64,000 nucleotides of DNA from positions 672,001-736,000 of the forward strand of contig CP170459.1 in assembly GCA_047947115.1 (NCBI GenBank), read 5' to 3'. The DNA is from Verrucomicrobiota bacterium. Lineage in GTDB: Bacteria > Verrucomicrobiota > Verrucomicrobiia > Limisphaerales > AAA164-E04. A program made the position numbers and the translations under genes. Shown here one piece after another: positions 9,898 to 20,445 of the stretch. Below the pieces are notes generated by a model, which did not search any database, was not told the DNA's origin, and saw nothing but the letters and a program-made list of their open reading frames with translations. Numbering within the stretch: the first letter of the stretch is position 1; each line of letters opens with the position of its first letter.

Positions 9898-10680
9898 TCA
9901 GGATGTAGGTTGATTCGAAGTCCGTTTGGTTTTGGAACAGAAGAACCACAATCCCAAACCGGCGGAAAGGATGAGGATCCCGGTCATTTGCCCTGGCGTC
10001 AATACACCGAACCGTTTCGAGGGATCATAATCACCCCGGAACAACTCATTCACCGCCCGCAAGACAGCATAGGCAAGCAGGTAGGCGGCAAAAATCTGGC
10101 CGTCGAACTTCTTCCTGCGATATAGCCAGGCCAAGCCACCATAGAGAGCAAAATTGAACAAGGACTCGTAGATCTGGGTGGGATGCACCCGGTCGGGATG
10201 TGTGACGTGATCAAAGGGAAACTGGATGGACCAAGGTAGCGCGCATACCTTGCCATAACAACACCCGGTCATCAGGCACCCCAAACGACCAAAGGCATGG
10301 CCAAGCGCAATGCTGGGTGCCAGTGCGTCGGCCATCTTCCAGGTGGGAATCTTGTTCTTTCGGACGTAAAAAATCCCACACAAGACAGCTCCGATAAATC
10401 CTCCATAGAAAACCAAACCTCCCTGCCGGACCTTGAAAACATCCGTCCAGGGACCGCCGGCAAAATCATCCTGCCAATAGGTGATCACGTAAAGGATACG
10501 CGCACCCACCAAACCGCCGACAATCAGCCAGGGCCCGATATCGGCGACCGTTTCGGAATGAAGCCCGTCCAAAGGAGCGCGTCGGCTTGCCGTCCAGAAT
10601 CCTGCGACAAACCCCAACGCAACCAAAATCCCATACCAATGAATGGAAACACTCCCAATGTTAAACGCAACAGGATGCAC
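9898..10680 (-). CDS. lgt: Prolipoprotein diacylglyceryl transferase
   Basis: IHWYG, GARILYV, GGLVFYGG, GRLGCLMTGCCYG, HPTQIYES. Confidence 0.96.
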   Translation of the reverse strand: MHPVAFNIGSVSIHWYGILVALGFVAGFWTASRRAPLDGLHSETVADIGPWLIVGGLVGARILYVITYWQDDFAGGPWTDVFKVRQGGLVFYGGFIGAVLCGIFYVRKNKIPTWKMADALAPSIALGHAFGRLGCLMTGCCYGKVCALPWSIQFPFDHVTHPDRVHPTQIYESLFNFALYGGLAWLYRRKKFDGQIFAAYLLAYAVLRAVNELFRGDYDPSKRFGVLTPGQMTGILILSAGLGLWFFCSKTKRTSNQPTS

Positions 10681-10757
10681 GCGGCCAACCTATACGCGGT
10701 GATGAGATACTTCAATGGAGAAAGAACGATGGCAATTCGAACTGATAAACATGCCTT

Positions 10758-10862
10758 CGGTAGGGCTGCGCTGCTGAGCGGCCGCGAACGCACCTACGGT
10801 TTAGAAAGAGCCCTGAAAGATTTCGAACGCGCCACCGGACACGCGACAGCGTGTCCCTGCCG
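10758..10862. repeat. GTAG-type REP-like element (doublet)
   Basis: CGGTAGGGCTGCGCTGCTGAGCGGCCGCGAACGCAC recurs with few mismatches at 29821-29856. A partner hairpin GGACACGCGACAGCGTGTCCCTGCC lies at about 10837-10861. Confidence 0.6.
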
Positions 10863-10894
10863 AACACCCTGCCAAAACGCTCGCCAATCGACCG

Positions 10895-12844
10895 ATGCTG
10901 TGCTACCAACGGTTCATGCATTCCACACTGATCATGTTCGCAGGTCGTTTGTTGTTGGCCTGTATCGCTTTGACGCAAGCTACCGTTATAGGTGCCCATA
11001 TCGAAATCGGCCCCATGCTTGGCCATGTCGGAAGCGATGAAGCCCGGATCTGGATCAAGTCCTCGCAAACGGCCAGCCTGAGTGCGGTGGTGAGCACTCA
11101 GGCCGATCTTTCCGACGCACGCCGGGTCGACGGCCCCGTTTTAGGTTACCAAACGGACAACAATGGTCATGTGCAAATCAACCATTTGGCCCCCTCCACG
11201 CAATATTACTACAACATCCTGCTCGACGGCCAACCGAGCCTGACTGCTCCCTACCCTTCCTTTAAAACCGCACCCGAGCATGGAGAACCCACCCATCTCC
11301 GATTTGCATTTGGTTCCTGCGTCGGACACGTTGGACAATTGTCCGCGGCGGCCTGGGGTGAAATGGCAGGAGACAAGGACATTGAGATGCTGCTCATGCT
11401 GGGAGACAACCACTACGCCGACTCCACCGATCCCGCCGTTCAACGAGCCGCGTATTACGACCATCGAAGTGTGTCCGGATTTCTGGACATCGTTCGACGC
11501 ACGGCGGTTTATGGCATTTGGGATGACCATGATTACGGCCCCAACAACAGCGACCGAACCGTGGAAGGCCGTCAGGAAACACTGGCAACGTTCAAATCCA
11601 TGTGGGCAAATCCTTCTTATGGCGAACCGGACAATCCTGGTACCTATTATCAATTCAGCTATGGTGACATCGAATTTTTCATGCTGGACGACCGTTACTA
11701 TCGCTCCCCCAATACCGCCAAGGACGACGACTCCAAAACCATGCTGGGCAAACGTCAATGGGAATGGTTGAAACAAGGACTCAAATCCTCCAGAGCCAAA
11801 CTCAAATTCATCGCCTCAGGAAGCGAATGGCAAAAGAACGGCCACGTGGATTCCTGGACCAGCTTTAAACGCGAACAGCTGGGTTTCTTTGATTGGATCA
11901 ATGAAGAGAACATCGAAGGTGTGATCCTTCTATCCGGAGACAGGCACTTCACCGGCGGCTACCAGATCAATCAACGCATCATCGAAATCACATCCGGCCC
12001 CTTCGGCTCCAACAACTATCCCACGCCAAATTTGCCCGAGATGTTTTTAAATCACGGAACGGGCAAACTCTACTGCGTGTTTGACATCGACACGCGGACC
12101 GAGGAACCAAAGGTCATTCTGGAAGTATTCCGCGCAGGTGAGGGATTGATCGACCGACGGGATTTCACAATGAACGAAATCAACGGTAAAAACCGATTGG
12201 CAACCCTGCCTGTTCGCCCAAGAGCTGCCAGCGAAGCACCTAAAGAATCCGAACTGCCACTCATTCGAAAAGAAGATTTCGAAAAAGGGGCAAATGACTG
12301 GTCCCCGACCGACTCAAACGCCTGGCGCGTCTACACTCAGGACGGAACCAAAGTCTACAGCCTCCATCGCCCAAGCAAATACACTCCCAAACACCGCAGC
12401 CCATTTAACTATTCATTGCTCAATGATACGATCGTGGGCGATTTTGATTTGTATGCGCGTGTGCTGACCACCCAGCGGGATTACGGTCACCGCGACATGT
12501 GCCTGTTCTTCGGCTGGCAAGATCCTGAACATTTTTATTATGTCCATCTCGGACAAAAAACCGACGATCACGCCAACCAGATCTTCATTGTGAACGATGC
12601 TCCGCGCATCAAGATCTCAACAAAAACGACTCCCGGAACCCCATGGGACACCGAATGGCACACCGTCAAAATCAAACGCCGAATTGAGACGGGACTTATC
12701 GAAGTTTACTGGGACAATATGGAAGAACCAGTGATGACCGCCGAAGACAAATCATTCACCTGGGGAAAAATCGGACTAGGTTCCTTCGACGACACCGGCA
12801 ACTGGGACGACATCCGCCTCTACGGAGTAGCGACCAACAAATAG
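10895..12844 (+). CDS. PhoD-family alkaline phosphatase/phosphodiesterase with extra C-terminal beta-sandwich (lectin-like) domain
   Basis: GPMLGHV, FAFGSC, LMLGDNHYAD, IWDDHDYG, FMLDDRYYR, MLGKRQWEWL, LLSGDRH; about 190-aa C-terminal domain ending GKIGLGSFDDTGNWDDI. Confidence 0.85.
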   Translation: MLCYQRFMHSTLIMFAGRLLLACIALTQATVIGAHIEIGPMLGHVGSDEARIWIKSSQTASLSAVVSTQADLSDARRVDGPVLGYQTDNNGHVQINHLAPSTQYYYNILLDGQPSLTAPYPSFKTAPEHGEPTHLRFAFGSCVGHVGQLSAAAWGEMAGDKDIEMLLMLGDNHYADSTDPAVQRAAYYDHRSVSGFLDIVRRTAVYGIWDDHDYGPNNSDRTVEGRQETLATFKSMWANPSYGEPDNPGTYYQFSYGDIEFFMLDDRYYRSPNTAKDDDSKTMLGKRQWEWLKQGLKSSRAKLKFIASGSEWQKNGHVDSWTSFKREQLGFFDWINEENIEGVILLSGDRHFTGGYQINQRIIEITSGPFGSNNYPTPNLPEMFLNHGTGKLYCVFDIDTRTEEPKVILEVFRAGEGLIDRRDFTMNEINGKNRLATLPVRPRAASEAPKESELPLIRKEDFEKGANDWSPTDSNAWRVYTQDGTKVYSLHRPSKYTPKHRSPFNYSLLNDTIVGDFDLYARVLTTQRDYGHRDMCLFFGWQDPEHFYYVHLGQKTDDHANQIFIVNDAPRIKISTKTTPGTPWDTEWHTVKIKRRIETGLIEVYWDNMEEPVMTAEDKSFTWGKIGLGSFDDTGNWDDIRLYGVATNK

Positions 12845-12959
12845 ATCGACCAACCCGATCCGCCCTTATGGCATCCCTTTTCTAAACTACCATCCAGGGG
12901 AAAACCCTGAAAACTCTTGTGTGGATCAGTGTGTATTGTGGGATTTTGAGAACCCCAGA

Positions 12960-13067
12960 CTTCCCAAACGGAAGTTAATGGCAATTCGTAAATCACAAGG
13001 AACGCGCCGAGGAGGTCACGCTCTGCCTGACCGCACCCTCACCGAGCAATTCACTATTTTAAATTTG
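12960..13067. repeat. Composite palindromic intergenic element, partial copy
   Basis: GCGCCGAGGAGGTCACGCTCTGCCTG followed by AATTCACTATTTTAAATTT (13049-13067), which is identical to 4142-4160. Confidence 0.6.
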
Positions 13068-14204
13068 TCAGCTCGGCCAGTTTTCCAGCATGTCTGCCAG
13101 ATCAGTGACGGTCGGACTTTTGCCACTGCGTACATAGAATCCGCTAGTGCTCACCCCCGTCGCCAAGGATTCGCGATGACTCAAACCAAGCAGTCGCCCC
13201 AGACAGAATCCGGCATTGAAATGATCTCCCGCTCCGGTAGTAATAACCGGATTGGGGACAAAGGGCCCGTCCATGGACACCACTTCATTTCGATCGGAGG
13301 CAACAGCATACCTCACAGGATGGACCACGATGGTATCCGCTCCGACCTGCTGATGAAGTTGGGCTACAAATTCCATCAGCCCCTCCCTGGTATTATCAGG
13401 CACTTTCAACCCCAATACTTCACCAATTTCATAAGCCTCTTTTTCATTCAGCCCCAACACCACAGAAAAATGTGATTGAAATCCTCCAATGATGTTGAGG
13501 GCTTCAAGAATGTCTTCATTGGGACGTTTTTGGGGATCACACAGATCAAAGAAGATAGGTTTTCGTTCGGATTTCCCGGGGCGATCCTGCGTTCCCAACA
13601 CCTCGCTTTGCACCTTCTGCCAGATCTCGCTCATGAATGGCATCATGGTCCAATTAACAAAGGCCACCAGATCCGAACCGTTCAACAGAGAGGTGAAAAG
13701 GTCTTTGCCCATGCGCTCAACAATTTTGTCCCAACGCACATCATTCAATGGAGTGAGTTTTCCCATCAACAGTTTGCCATCCTGAAATTCATAGGCATCG
13801 GTATGCCCTGGGTTGGCAATACTGTAAACTTTGCCGGCCTTGTCGACCAGCGGCTGAAACACGGGGAGCACATCAGGGTACCCGAGCGCCCCGAGGTAGG
13901 TCACCTTGATGCCCGCCTGGGCCAAAGCGTTGGCCATGATGGGACCATTGCCTCCCAACTTGATCCGTTGGGTGACCAACTCCATGTTGGTGCTGCGACC
14001 CGATGCTTCGGCAATACGGTCGGCATATCCCTGGATGGTAGGGATACGTTCAAAACGCCCCACGTCCAAACGTTTGTCCACCACGTGAATAATCTCGTCC
14101 ACAAAACCATCCAACCCCACAAAGGCGGAGGACCGCTTCACCACATCAATCTTTTCACGCAATGTGGCCGCCACGCGCAAGCGAATGTCATTTTGATCGC
14201 TCAT
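13068..14204 (-). CDS. PfkB-family carbohydrate kinase
   Basis: GGNGPIMANAL, LGLNEKEA, TTGAGDHFNAGF signature. Confidence 0.88.
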   Translation of the reverse strand: MSDQNDIRLRVAATLREKIDVVKRSSAFVGLDGFVDEIIHVVDKRLDVGRFERIPTIQGYADRIAEASGRSTNMELVTQRIKLGGNGPIMANALAQAGIKVTYLGALGYPDVLPVFQPLVDKAGKVYSIANPGHTDAYEFQDGKLLMGKLTPLNDVRWDKIVERMGKDLFTSLLNGSDLVAFVNWTMMPFMSEIWQKVQSEVLGTQDRPGKSERKPIFFDLCDPQKRPNEDILEALNIIGGFQSHFSVVLGLNEKEAYEIGEVLGLKVPDNTREGLMEFVAQLHQQVGADTIVVHPVRYAVASDRNEVVSMDGPFVPNPVITTGAGDHFNAGFCLGRLLGLSHRESLATGVSTSGFYVRSGKSPTVTDLADMLENWPS

Positions 14205-14212
14205 GATATTTA

Positions 14213-15160
14213 TCAGTCAGCTGAAACACCCAGATCGGAAAGAATCCGTTCCAATTCATCATCGGAGAAAAACCGGATCTCCAAACTCCCCTTCCCTTCA
14301 ACGTACTTCAGCCGGACTTTTGTATTGAATTTTTCAACCAACCGCTGCTCCATGTGAGCCACGTGCACATCCTTCTCATTGCGAGTTACCGGATGTATTT
14401 CCGCCTCCTGCCTGGCAGTCTTCTTTTGATGTACATCGCTGATCAGAGATTCGGTCTGACGAACACTGAGGCCTTCCTTGAGAATCTGACGGGCGATGGA
14501 GACCGCTTGCTCTCTGGAAACAAGGCCCAGAAGAACCTTCGCGTGACCGACGCTCAGTTTCCCTTCTCGAAGGTGCTGTTGGATTTCATCTGAAAGCTTC
14601 AGCAATCGCAGTGCATTGGCAACCGCTGCACGACTCTTACCCACTTTAATGGCCGCCTCTTCCTGCTTCAACTTGAATTGTTGAATCAATTGCTGGTAAC
14701 CAAGAGCTTCTTCGATCGGGTTAAGGTTTTCGCGTTGAAGATTTTCGATCAATGCCAGCTCCAGCACTTCCCGATCGTCCGCTTCACGCACGACGATGGG
14801 CACTTCCTTCAGTCCGGCACGTTGGGAGGCTCGCCACCGACGTTCCCCGGCGATCAATTCCCAATGATCGACCTTTTTCCGAACCACCAGAGGCTGAATG
14901 AGGCCCTGCTCGCGGATTGAATCTGCCAGTTCCACCAAGGCCGATTCTTCGAAATGACGGCGCGGCTGAAAGGGGCAGGGCCGAATATCGTCGATCGGCA
15001 AATGACTGGGCGAGAGACTGGCAGCTGGTGCGGCATCCTCCGATTTGGATGGGGCAACAGTCGAGGGCACCTCGGCAGGTTTGGGCTGCGGAGGTTTTAC
15101 GGATGATGCGGCGCCTCCCAGGAGTGCGCCCAGGCCTCTGCCTAAGGGCGTTTTAGACAT
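14213..15160 (-). CDS. parB: ParB/Spo0J chromosome partitioning protein
   Basis: LGRGLGALL N-terminus, PFQPRRHF, LIAGERRWRA, ENLQRENLNPIEEA, HTH KSRAAVANALRLL. Confidence 0.95.
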   Translation of the reverse strand: MSKTPLGRGLGALLGGAASSVKPPQPKPAEVPSTVAPSKSEDAAPAASLSPSHLPIDDIRPCPFQPRRHFEESALVELADSIREQGLIQPLVVRKKVDHWELIAGERRWRASQRAGLKEVPIVVREADDREVLELALIENLQRENLNPIEEALGYQQLIQQFKLKQEEAAIKVGKSRAAVANALRLLKLSDEIQQHLREGKLSVGHAKVLLGLVSREQAVSIARQILKEGLSVRQTESLISDVHQKKTARQEAEIHPVTRNEKDVHVAHMEQRLVEKFNTKVRLKYVEGKGSLEIRFFSDDELERILSDLGVSAD

Positions 15161-15169
15161 GTATGCAGA

Positions 15170-15676
15170 TTGGAAGACGCCGGACCTCTTGTCAAGCGGC
15201 GGACCAAGTGGGATTTGATTTTCCCTGGAATCAAGCTAAATATGGGGGCGATGAGCACAAAGAAAGAGCGTATGCGGATTTTCGCTGAAACATTCACGGA
15301 CTGTGGATCCTGGGATCCGCGTTACTGGGGCTATTTCAAGACCTTCAACGAAGGCCGATTCTACGAGGCGCACGACGTGCTGGAAGACCTCTGGCTCGAA
15401 TGCCGCGACACCCCCCTGGACACATTCTACAAATCCCTCATCCAACTCGCCGGCGCCTTCGTCCACCTCGAAAACAAACGAGAACGACCTTCCCTTGCAC
15501 TCTTTAATCTGTGCCAGGGTTACTTAAAGCCTTTAGGCGACCATTGCGAAGGCCTGCCATTGACAGAGATCCACCAGCTGATCGATACCTGGAAAACACG
15601 CATCCAAACCCAATCAATCGAAAGCGCCCACCAATTGCTCCTTCAACACAAACCTCTCCTGGAGCTGCCGGGATAA
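15170..15676 (+). CDS. DUF309 domain protein
   Basis: FNEGRFYEAHDVLEDLW...FYKSLIQLA. The true start is probably about 15242-15251. Confidence 0.85.
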   Translation: MEDAGPLVKRRTKWDLIFPGIKLNMGAMSTKKERMRIFAETFTDCGSWDPRYWGYFKTFNEGRFYEAHDVLEDLWLECRDTPLDTFYKSLIQLAGAFVHLENKRERPSLALFNLCQGYLKPLGDHCEGLPLTEIHQLIDTWKTRIQTQSIESAHQLLLQHKPLLELPG

Positions 15677-15801
15677 AAGAAATGCCTCTTGCCATTCCTC
15701 ACAATTTCAATACGGAGCTAAACCAACGTTTAAGTTAGACTACATTCAATGTCCAGCAACTCAGACTCCACAGAAAAACCAATACCCCCCAGACCCTCAC
15801 C

Positions 15802-16077
15802 TTGATGGAGGAGCTGGATATGGGCTATGTCTACCCTCCTGACGCCGGACCAGCTTGGCGTGCCGCCTGTGAAGCAGGAGTGGATATGGCGCTGCTGGAA
15901 GACAAACTCGCCATGACACCCTCAGAAAGATTGGAAGCCCATCACAAGGCAATAAATCGGGTAATGGCGTTGCGTGATTCAATGATCCTTTCCTATGAAA
16001 CAATGGGGCGTGAACATGATCTGGTTGCCGTAAGGCAGTTGAAGGCGATTCAGGAAAGGAAGCAACGAGGAGAATAA
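15802..16077 (+). CDS. Small hypothetical protein, paralog of 25826..26134; 5' end frameshifted relative to that copy
   Basis: AWRAACEAGVDMALLEDKLAMTPSERLEAH...MGREHDLVAVRQLKAI is nearly identical to the second copy. The upstream ATG at about 15749 (MSSNSDSTEK) is out of frame. Confidence 0.6.
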   Translation: MMEELDMGYVYPPDAGPAWRAACEAGVDMALLEDKLAMTPSERLEAHHKAINRVMALRDSMILSYETMGREHDLVAVRQLKAIQERKQRGE

Positions 16078-16134
16078 AGGGCATTCCTTCTTTTTTTGCC
16101 TCATACTCAGGCACGAAACCACAAAGTTAAGAAA

Positions 16135-16365
16135 ATGCGATTTAGCTTAAACAACCGAGTATTGGGACTTTGGTTGGTCATTTTTGGTTGTTGACCATCT
16201 CGGTAGGATTGAAGCTGGCAAATACAGGGCCGCCTGTCAGTGAACCGCCAGAATTTGAGAATGCCAATGCCGACAATGAGAATGATTGAAGAGGCCAGTC
16301 AGGACACCGGACAATGATTTTCGAATTTACCGCAAGTCCGATCGGCGCATGATTACCCTCATCCT
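16135..16365 (+). pseudogene. Degenerate remnant of the exported hypothetical gene at 26213
   Basis: MRFSLNNRVLGLWLVI matches MRLNLTKRVLRLWLVI, followed by a 1-nt frameshift, a stop and an internal deletion. Confidence 0.75.
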
Positions 16366-16489
16366 GCCTCAGTGGGCCTGATATCGTTCTTGACACTCCT
16401 TCAGGCCAGCGCAAGACTCCCTACCATCCCAGAGCGTTGATGTCGGTTAGTGTCTGACGATAAATAAAAATTGAACTCTTGAGGTAATC

Positions 16490-17833
16490 ATGCTGACGAT
16501 TCCAGGCCATCGGCCTTTTCAATTGTGTGACGGTGTCTCACGCCGTGACTTTCTGCGCATCGGGTCGGTAGGACTCGGAGGGGTCTCTTTGCCGGGACTG
16601 TTGCGCGCTGAATCTCAATCAGGTATCCGCCGTTCCCACAAAGCGGTGATCATGGTCTTCCTGCCCGGTGGTCCATCGCATCAGGACATGGTGGATTTGA
16701 AGATGGAAGCGCCATCGGAGATACGTGGCGAATTCAACCCCATCTCTACCAACGTGCCCGGCATCCAGATCTGCGAACACCTGCCGCTTCTGGCCAAGCA
16801 GATGGATAAATTCGCCCTTATTCGTTCCATGGTCGGCGCACTGGATCGTCATTACGCTTTTCAATGTTTGACCGGCCGCCATCAGGGGAACGAACCACCC
16901 GGTGGCTGGCCCTGCATGGGCTCGGTTCTCTCCAAGCTTGAGGGCCCGGTGGATCCCGCCATCCCAGCCTTCGTCGGCATGTCGCCAAAAATGGGGCATG
17001 TGCCCTGGTCCGACAATGGGGTTCCGGGATTTCTCGGTGTGGGGCACGCACCTTTCCAACCCAACAAGGGCGCGGGGAAAGATGACATGGTTCTCAACGG
17101 GATCTCTCTTGACCGCCTGGCAGATCGACGTGCTTTGCTGGCGAGCTTTGATCAGTTCCGACGCGACACCGATGCGAGCGGCATGATGGAGGGGCTCGAC
17201 ACCTTCAATCAACAGGCTTTCGGGATCCTGACTTCCAGTCGCTTGCTGGAAGCGATGGACATCGAAAAGGAGGATCCCAAGATTCGTGAACGTTACGGAA
17301 AAGGAGATCCCAAAAACCGCGACGACGGCGCTCCCAAAATGATGGAACATTTCCTGATCGCCCGCCGTCTGGTGGAAGCAGGGGCGCGTTGTGTGACGGT
17401 CGGGTTCAGTCGCTGGGATCATCACGGTCGCAACTTCGACGCGTTGCGTCAGGATCTGCCATTGCTGGATCAGGGATTAAGTGCGCTCATCGAAGATCTT
17501 TACCAGCGCGGTATGGACAAGGATGTGTCAGTGATCGTCTGGGGGGAATTTGGCCGCACGCCTGTCATTAATAAAGACGGTGGACGGGACCACTGGCCGC
17601 GCGTCAGTTTCGCCATGCTGTCGGGAGGCGGGATGAATACAGGTCAGGTGATCGGGGCCACCGATCGTTTGGGGGGCGAGGCAGTGGAACGCCCCGTGCA
17701 GTTCGGAGAGGTATTCGCGACGCTCTACCACAATCTGGGCATCGATGTGAACAAGGTGACCATTCCGGATTTTACCGGACGCCCGCAATTCCTGGTGGAC
17801 AATGGGATTCAACCCATGAAGGAATTGGTTTGA
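16490..17833 (+). CDS. DUF1501 domain protein (Tat signal)
   Basis: [51 protein letters not shown]. Confidence 0.93.
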   Translation: MLTIPGHRPFQLCDGVSRRDFLRIGSVGLGGVSLPGLLRAESQSGIRRSHKAVIMVFLPGGPSHQDMVDLKMEAPSEIRGEFNPISTNVPGIQICEHLPLLAKQMDKFALIRSMVGALDRHYAFQCLTGRHQGNEPPGGWPCMGSVLSKLEGPVDPAIPAFVGMSPKMGHVPWSDNGVPGFLGVGHAPFQPNKGAGKDDMVLNGISLDRLADRRALLASFDQFRRDTDASGMMEGLDTFNQQAFGILTSSRLLEAMDIEKEDPKIRERYGKGDPKNRDDGAPKMMEHFLIARRLVEAGARCVTVGFSRWDHHGRNFDALRQDLPLLDQGLSALIEDLYQRGMDKDVSVIVWGEFGRTPVINKDGGRDHWPRVSFAMLSGGGMNTGQVIGATDRLGGEAVERPVQFGEVFATLYHNLGIDVNKVTIPDFTGRPQFLVDNGIQPMKELV

Positions 17834-17855
17834 AATTAGTTTCCTATTCTTTGTC

Positions 17856-20420
17856 ATGACATCGTTCCATCCAATGCGTATGGTCACCCATCAAAGCTTC
17901 TTGCTGGGATGCATCCTTGCTTTCCAGTCGCTGACAGCTGTGTGCGAAGAAGCACAGCAAGCGGAGGTTTTGCCGCGTTCACTGATTTTCCATTGGAACA
18001 CCGAATATGATCATCCTGCTTCCGACACCTTGGTATTGGACGGTGGCGATCGCCACCAACAGATACTTTTAACCGGCACCCTGACGGATGGAACCGTGTG
18101 GGATTACACACGCCGGGCGACCTATGTCACCGAACCTTCCGGGGTTGCGCACGTGGATGACCAAGGACGTATTGTTCCCGTTGGAAACGGGCGTACGGTT
18201 TTAAGCGCGCAGTACGGTGAGCACCTGGAGTCGCGACTGAGCATTGAAGTCAAAAACATCGAAACAATCCGCCCATTGAATTTTTCCAACCAGATTGTGC
18301 CCATCTTCACCAAGACCGGCTGTAACGGAGGAGGATGTCATGGTAAAGCGGCCGGTCAAAACGGTTTTCGGCTTTCGCTGCTTGGATTCGAGCCCGAAGA
18401 AGATTATGGGTTTCTGGTGAGCGAAGCCCGCGGCCGCCGCGTGTTTCCGGCTGCACCGGACCGAAGTCTGCTCCTGTTGAAGGCCACGGGCGAACTACCC
18501 CATGGTGGCGGCAAACGGATGGATAAAGAATCCGACGAGTATCAGCTCTTGAGACGTTGGATCGCTCAGGGCATGCCTTATGGAAATCGAAACGATCCGA
18601 CGGTGGAGCACATTGAAATCATCCCACAGGAACGGCTCATGCCTTTGGAGAGCGATCAGCAGTTGGTGGTATTGGCGCATTACACTGATGGTGGCGTGGA
18701 GGATGTTACCAGGAGAGCGCTCTACGAATCCAATCAAAAGGACATCGCCGAAGTCGACAGTCAGGGATGGGTGCAACTTCGTCAGCAACCCGGTGACGTA
18801 GCCGTCATGGTGAGGTATGATGGTCATGTGGGGGTTTTTCGAGCAACTATTCCGTTGGGAGCGCCCATGGATACGCTGCCCAACCCCAACAATTTTATCG
18901 ACGAAAAGGTCTTTGCAAAACTTGAAAATCTCGGCATTCCGCCATCAGGACTATGTGACGACGCCACTTTTATTCGGCGCGTGACATTGGATGTTGCTGG
19001 CCGATTGCCCACTGAGGCTGAAACACAAGCATTCCTGACCGACACGCGACTCAACAAACGCGACCGATGGATCGATCACCTTCTCGACGGTCCTGATTAT
19101 GCGGATTACTTCGCCAACAAATACAGCGCGCTCCTCCGCAACCGTCGCGACAACGATAAAGAGAAGCGGGGATCGTTTGCGTTTCATAGCTGGATCCGGG
19201 ACAGCTTTTACGACAACAAACCCTACGACCAGTTTGTCCGGGAAATCCTGACCGCTTCAGGGGAGATCACACAGAACCCGCCGACAGCCTGGTATAGGGA
19301 GGTCAACCAAGCACAGGAGCAGCTCGAAGACACCGCGCAACTCTTCCTCGCCACCCGATTGAAATGCGCCCAATGTCATCACCATCCTTACGAACGATGG
19401 AGTCAGAGGGATTATTATCAATTCTCCGCTTTCTTCTCGCGTGTTGGCAGGAAATCGGGAGGCCACCCTGGAGAGGAAATCATCTATCATAAAAGCGGCC
19501 GCGCCTCGGCAACGCATCCGAAGTCCAAAGAGAACCTCTCACCAGCCGGTTTGGGAGCTACCCCGGTGAGTCTTGAACCGGAGGAAGACCCGCGTACGGC
19601 GCTGGCCGAATGGATCACCCAACCGGAAAACCCGTTCTTCGCACGCGCCCTGGTCAATCGCTACTGGAAACACTTCCTCAACCGCGGACTGGTCGAACCG
19701 GAGGATGACATGCGGGATACGAATCCCCCGACCAATCCGGAATTATTGGAGGCTTTGGCGGAACATTTTGTTTCCAGCGGTTTCGACCTGAAGGATCTGG
19801 TGCGCCAGATTTGTCGGTCCCGAACCTATCAGGCAAGCGCCACACCCAACGAGTTCAATGCCATCGATACCCAACATTTTTCACGTCATTACCCTCAGAG
19901 ATTGGAAGCCGAAGTATTGCTGGATGCCGTTGATGAAGTAACCGGTACCGGCACGCATTTCACCGGACTGCCACCATCCTTCCGGGCGGTACAATTGCCG
20001 GACAACAGTTTTAATCAGGACTACTATTTCCTGACCGTTTTCGGACGCCCCGAATCGGCCAGTGCCTGCGAGTGCGAACGATCGATGGACGCAAGCCTGG
20101 CGCAAAGTCTGCACATGTTGAATTCCAAGTCCATCCAGGAAAAGATCCTGTCCGAAAGCGGCACGGCAGCCGGTTTTACCAATGATGATCCGGGAAAGGA
20201 TAACGACAACATCCGAAGCCTCTTCCTCTCCGCTTTGTCCAGGGAACCGACCGATGCCGAAATGCGCCAAGCGAAGGATTACCTCCATCGTTCACCACGG
20301 ATTCGAGTGGATGAACAAGGGCAAGCTCTACCGCCGGATGATAAACGTGATCGCAGGGAATCATTCGAAGATCTGATCTGGATGATGTTGAACATGAAGG
20401 AATTTCTGTTCAACCACTGA
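17856..20420 (+). CDS. DUF1549/DUF1553 domain protein with Ig-like (Big_2) domains
   Basis: GCNGGGCHGK, NNFIDEKV, DDATFIRRVTLD, CAQCHHHPYERW, NPFFARALVNRYW, CECER, terminal KEFLFNH. Confidence 0.92.
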   Translation: MTSFHPMRMVTHQSFLLGCILAFQSLTAVCEEAQQAEVLPRSLIFHWNTEYDHPASDTLVLDGGDRHQQILLTGTLTDGTVWDYTRRATYVTEPSGVAHVDDQGRIVPVGNGRTVLSAQYGEHLESRLSIEVKNIETIRPLNFSNQIVPIFTKTGCNGGGCHGKAAGQNGFRLSLLGFEPEEDYGFLVSEARGRRVFPAAPDRSLLLLKATGELPHGGGKRMDKESDEYQLLRRWIAQGMPYGNRNDPTVEHIEIIPQERLMPLESDQQLVVLAHYTDGGVEDVTRRALYESNQKDIAEVDSQGWVQLRQQPGDVAVMVRYDGHVGVFRATIPLGAPMDTLPNPNNFIDEKVFAKLENLGIPPSGLCDDATFIRRVTLDVAGRLPTEAETQAFLTDTRLNKRDRWIDHLLDGPDYADYFANKYSALLRNRRDNDKEKRGSFAFHSWIRDSFYDNKPYDQFVREILTASGEITQNPPTAWYREVNQAQEQLEDTAQLFLATRLKCAQCHHHPYERWSQRDYYQFSAFFSRVGRKSGGHPGEEIIYHKSGRASATHPKSKENLSPAGLGATPVSLEPEEDPRTALAEWITQPENPFFARALVNRYWKHFLNRGLVEPEDDMRDTNPPTNPELLEALAEHFVSSGFDLKDLVRQICRSRTYQASATPNEFNAIDTQHFSRHYPQRLEAEVLLDAVDEVTGTGTHFTGLPPSFRAVQLPDNSFNQDYYFLTVFGRPESASACECERSMDASLAQSLHMLNSKSIQEKILSESGTAAGFTNDDPGKDNDNIRSLFLSALSREPTDAEMRQAKDYLHRSPRIRVDEQGQALPPDDKRDRRESFEDLIWMMLNMKEFLFNH

Positions 20421-20445
20421 CCCTGAAAGAAACCTTTCCGTTCGA

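Larger units (their letters stand above)
15686..16365 (+). repeat. Diverged direct duplication, copy A (homologous to about 25762-26510)
   Basis: Continuous alignment by eye covering the upstream region, a small ORF and the 5' part of the next gene. Confidence 0.9.
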
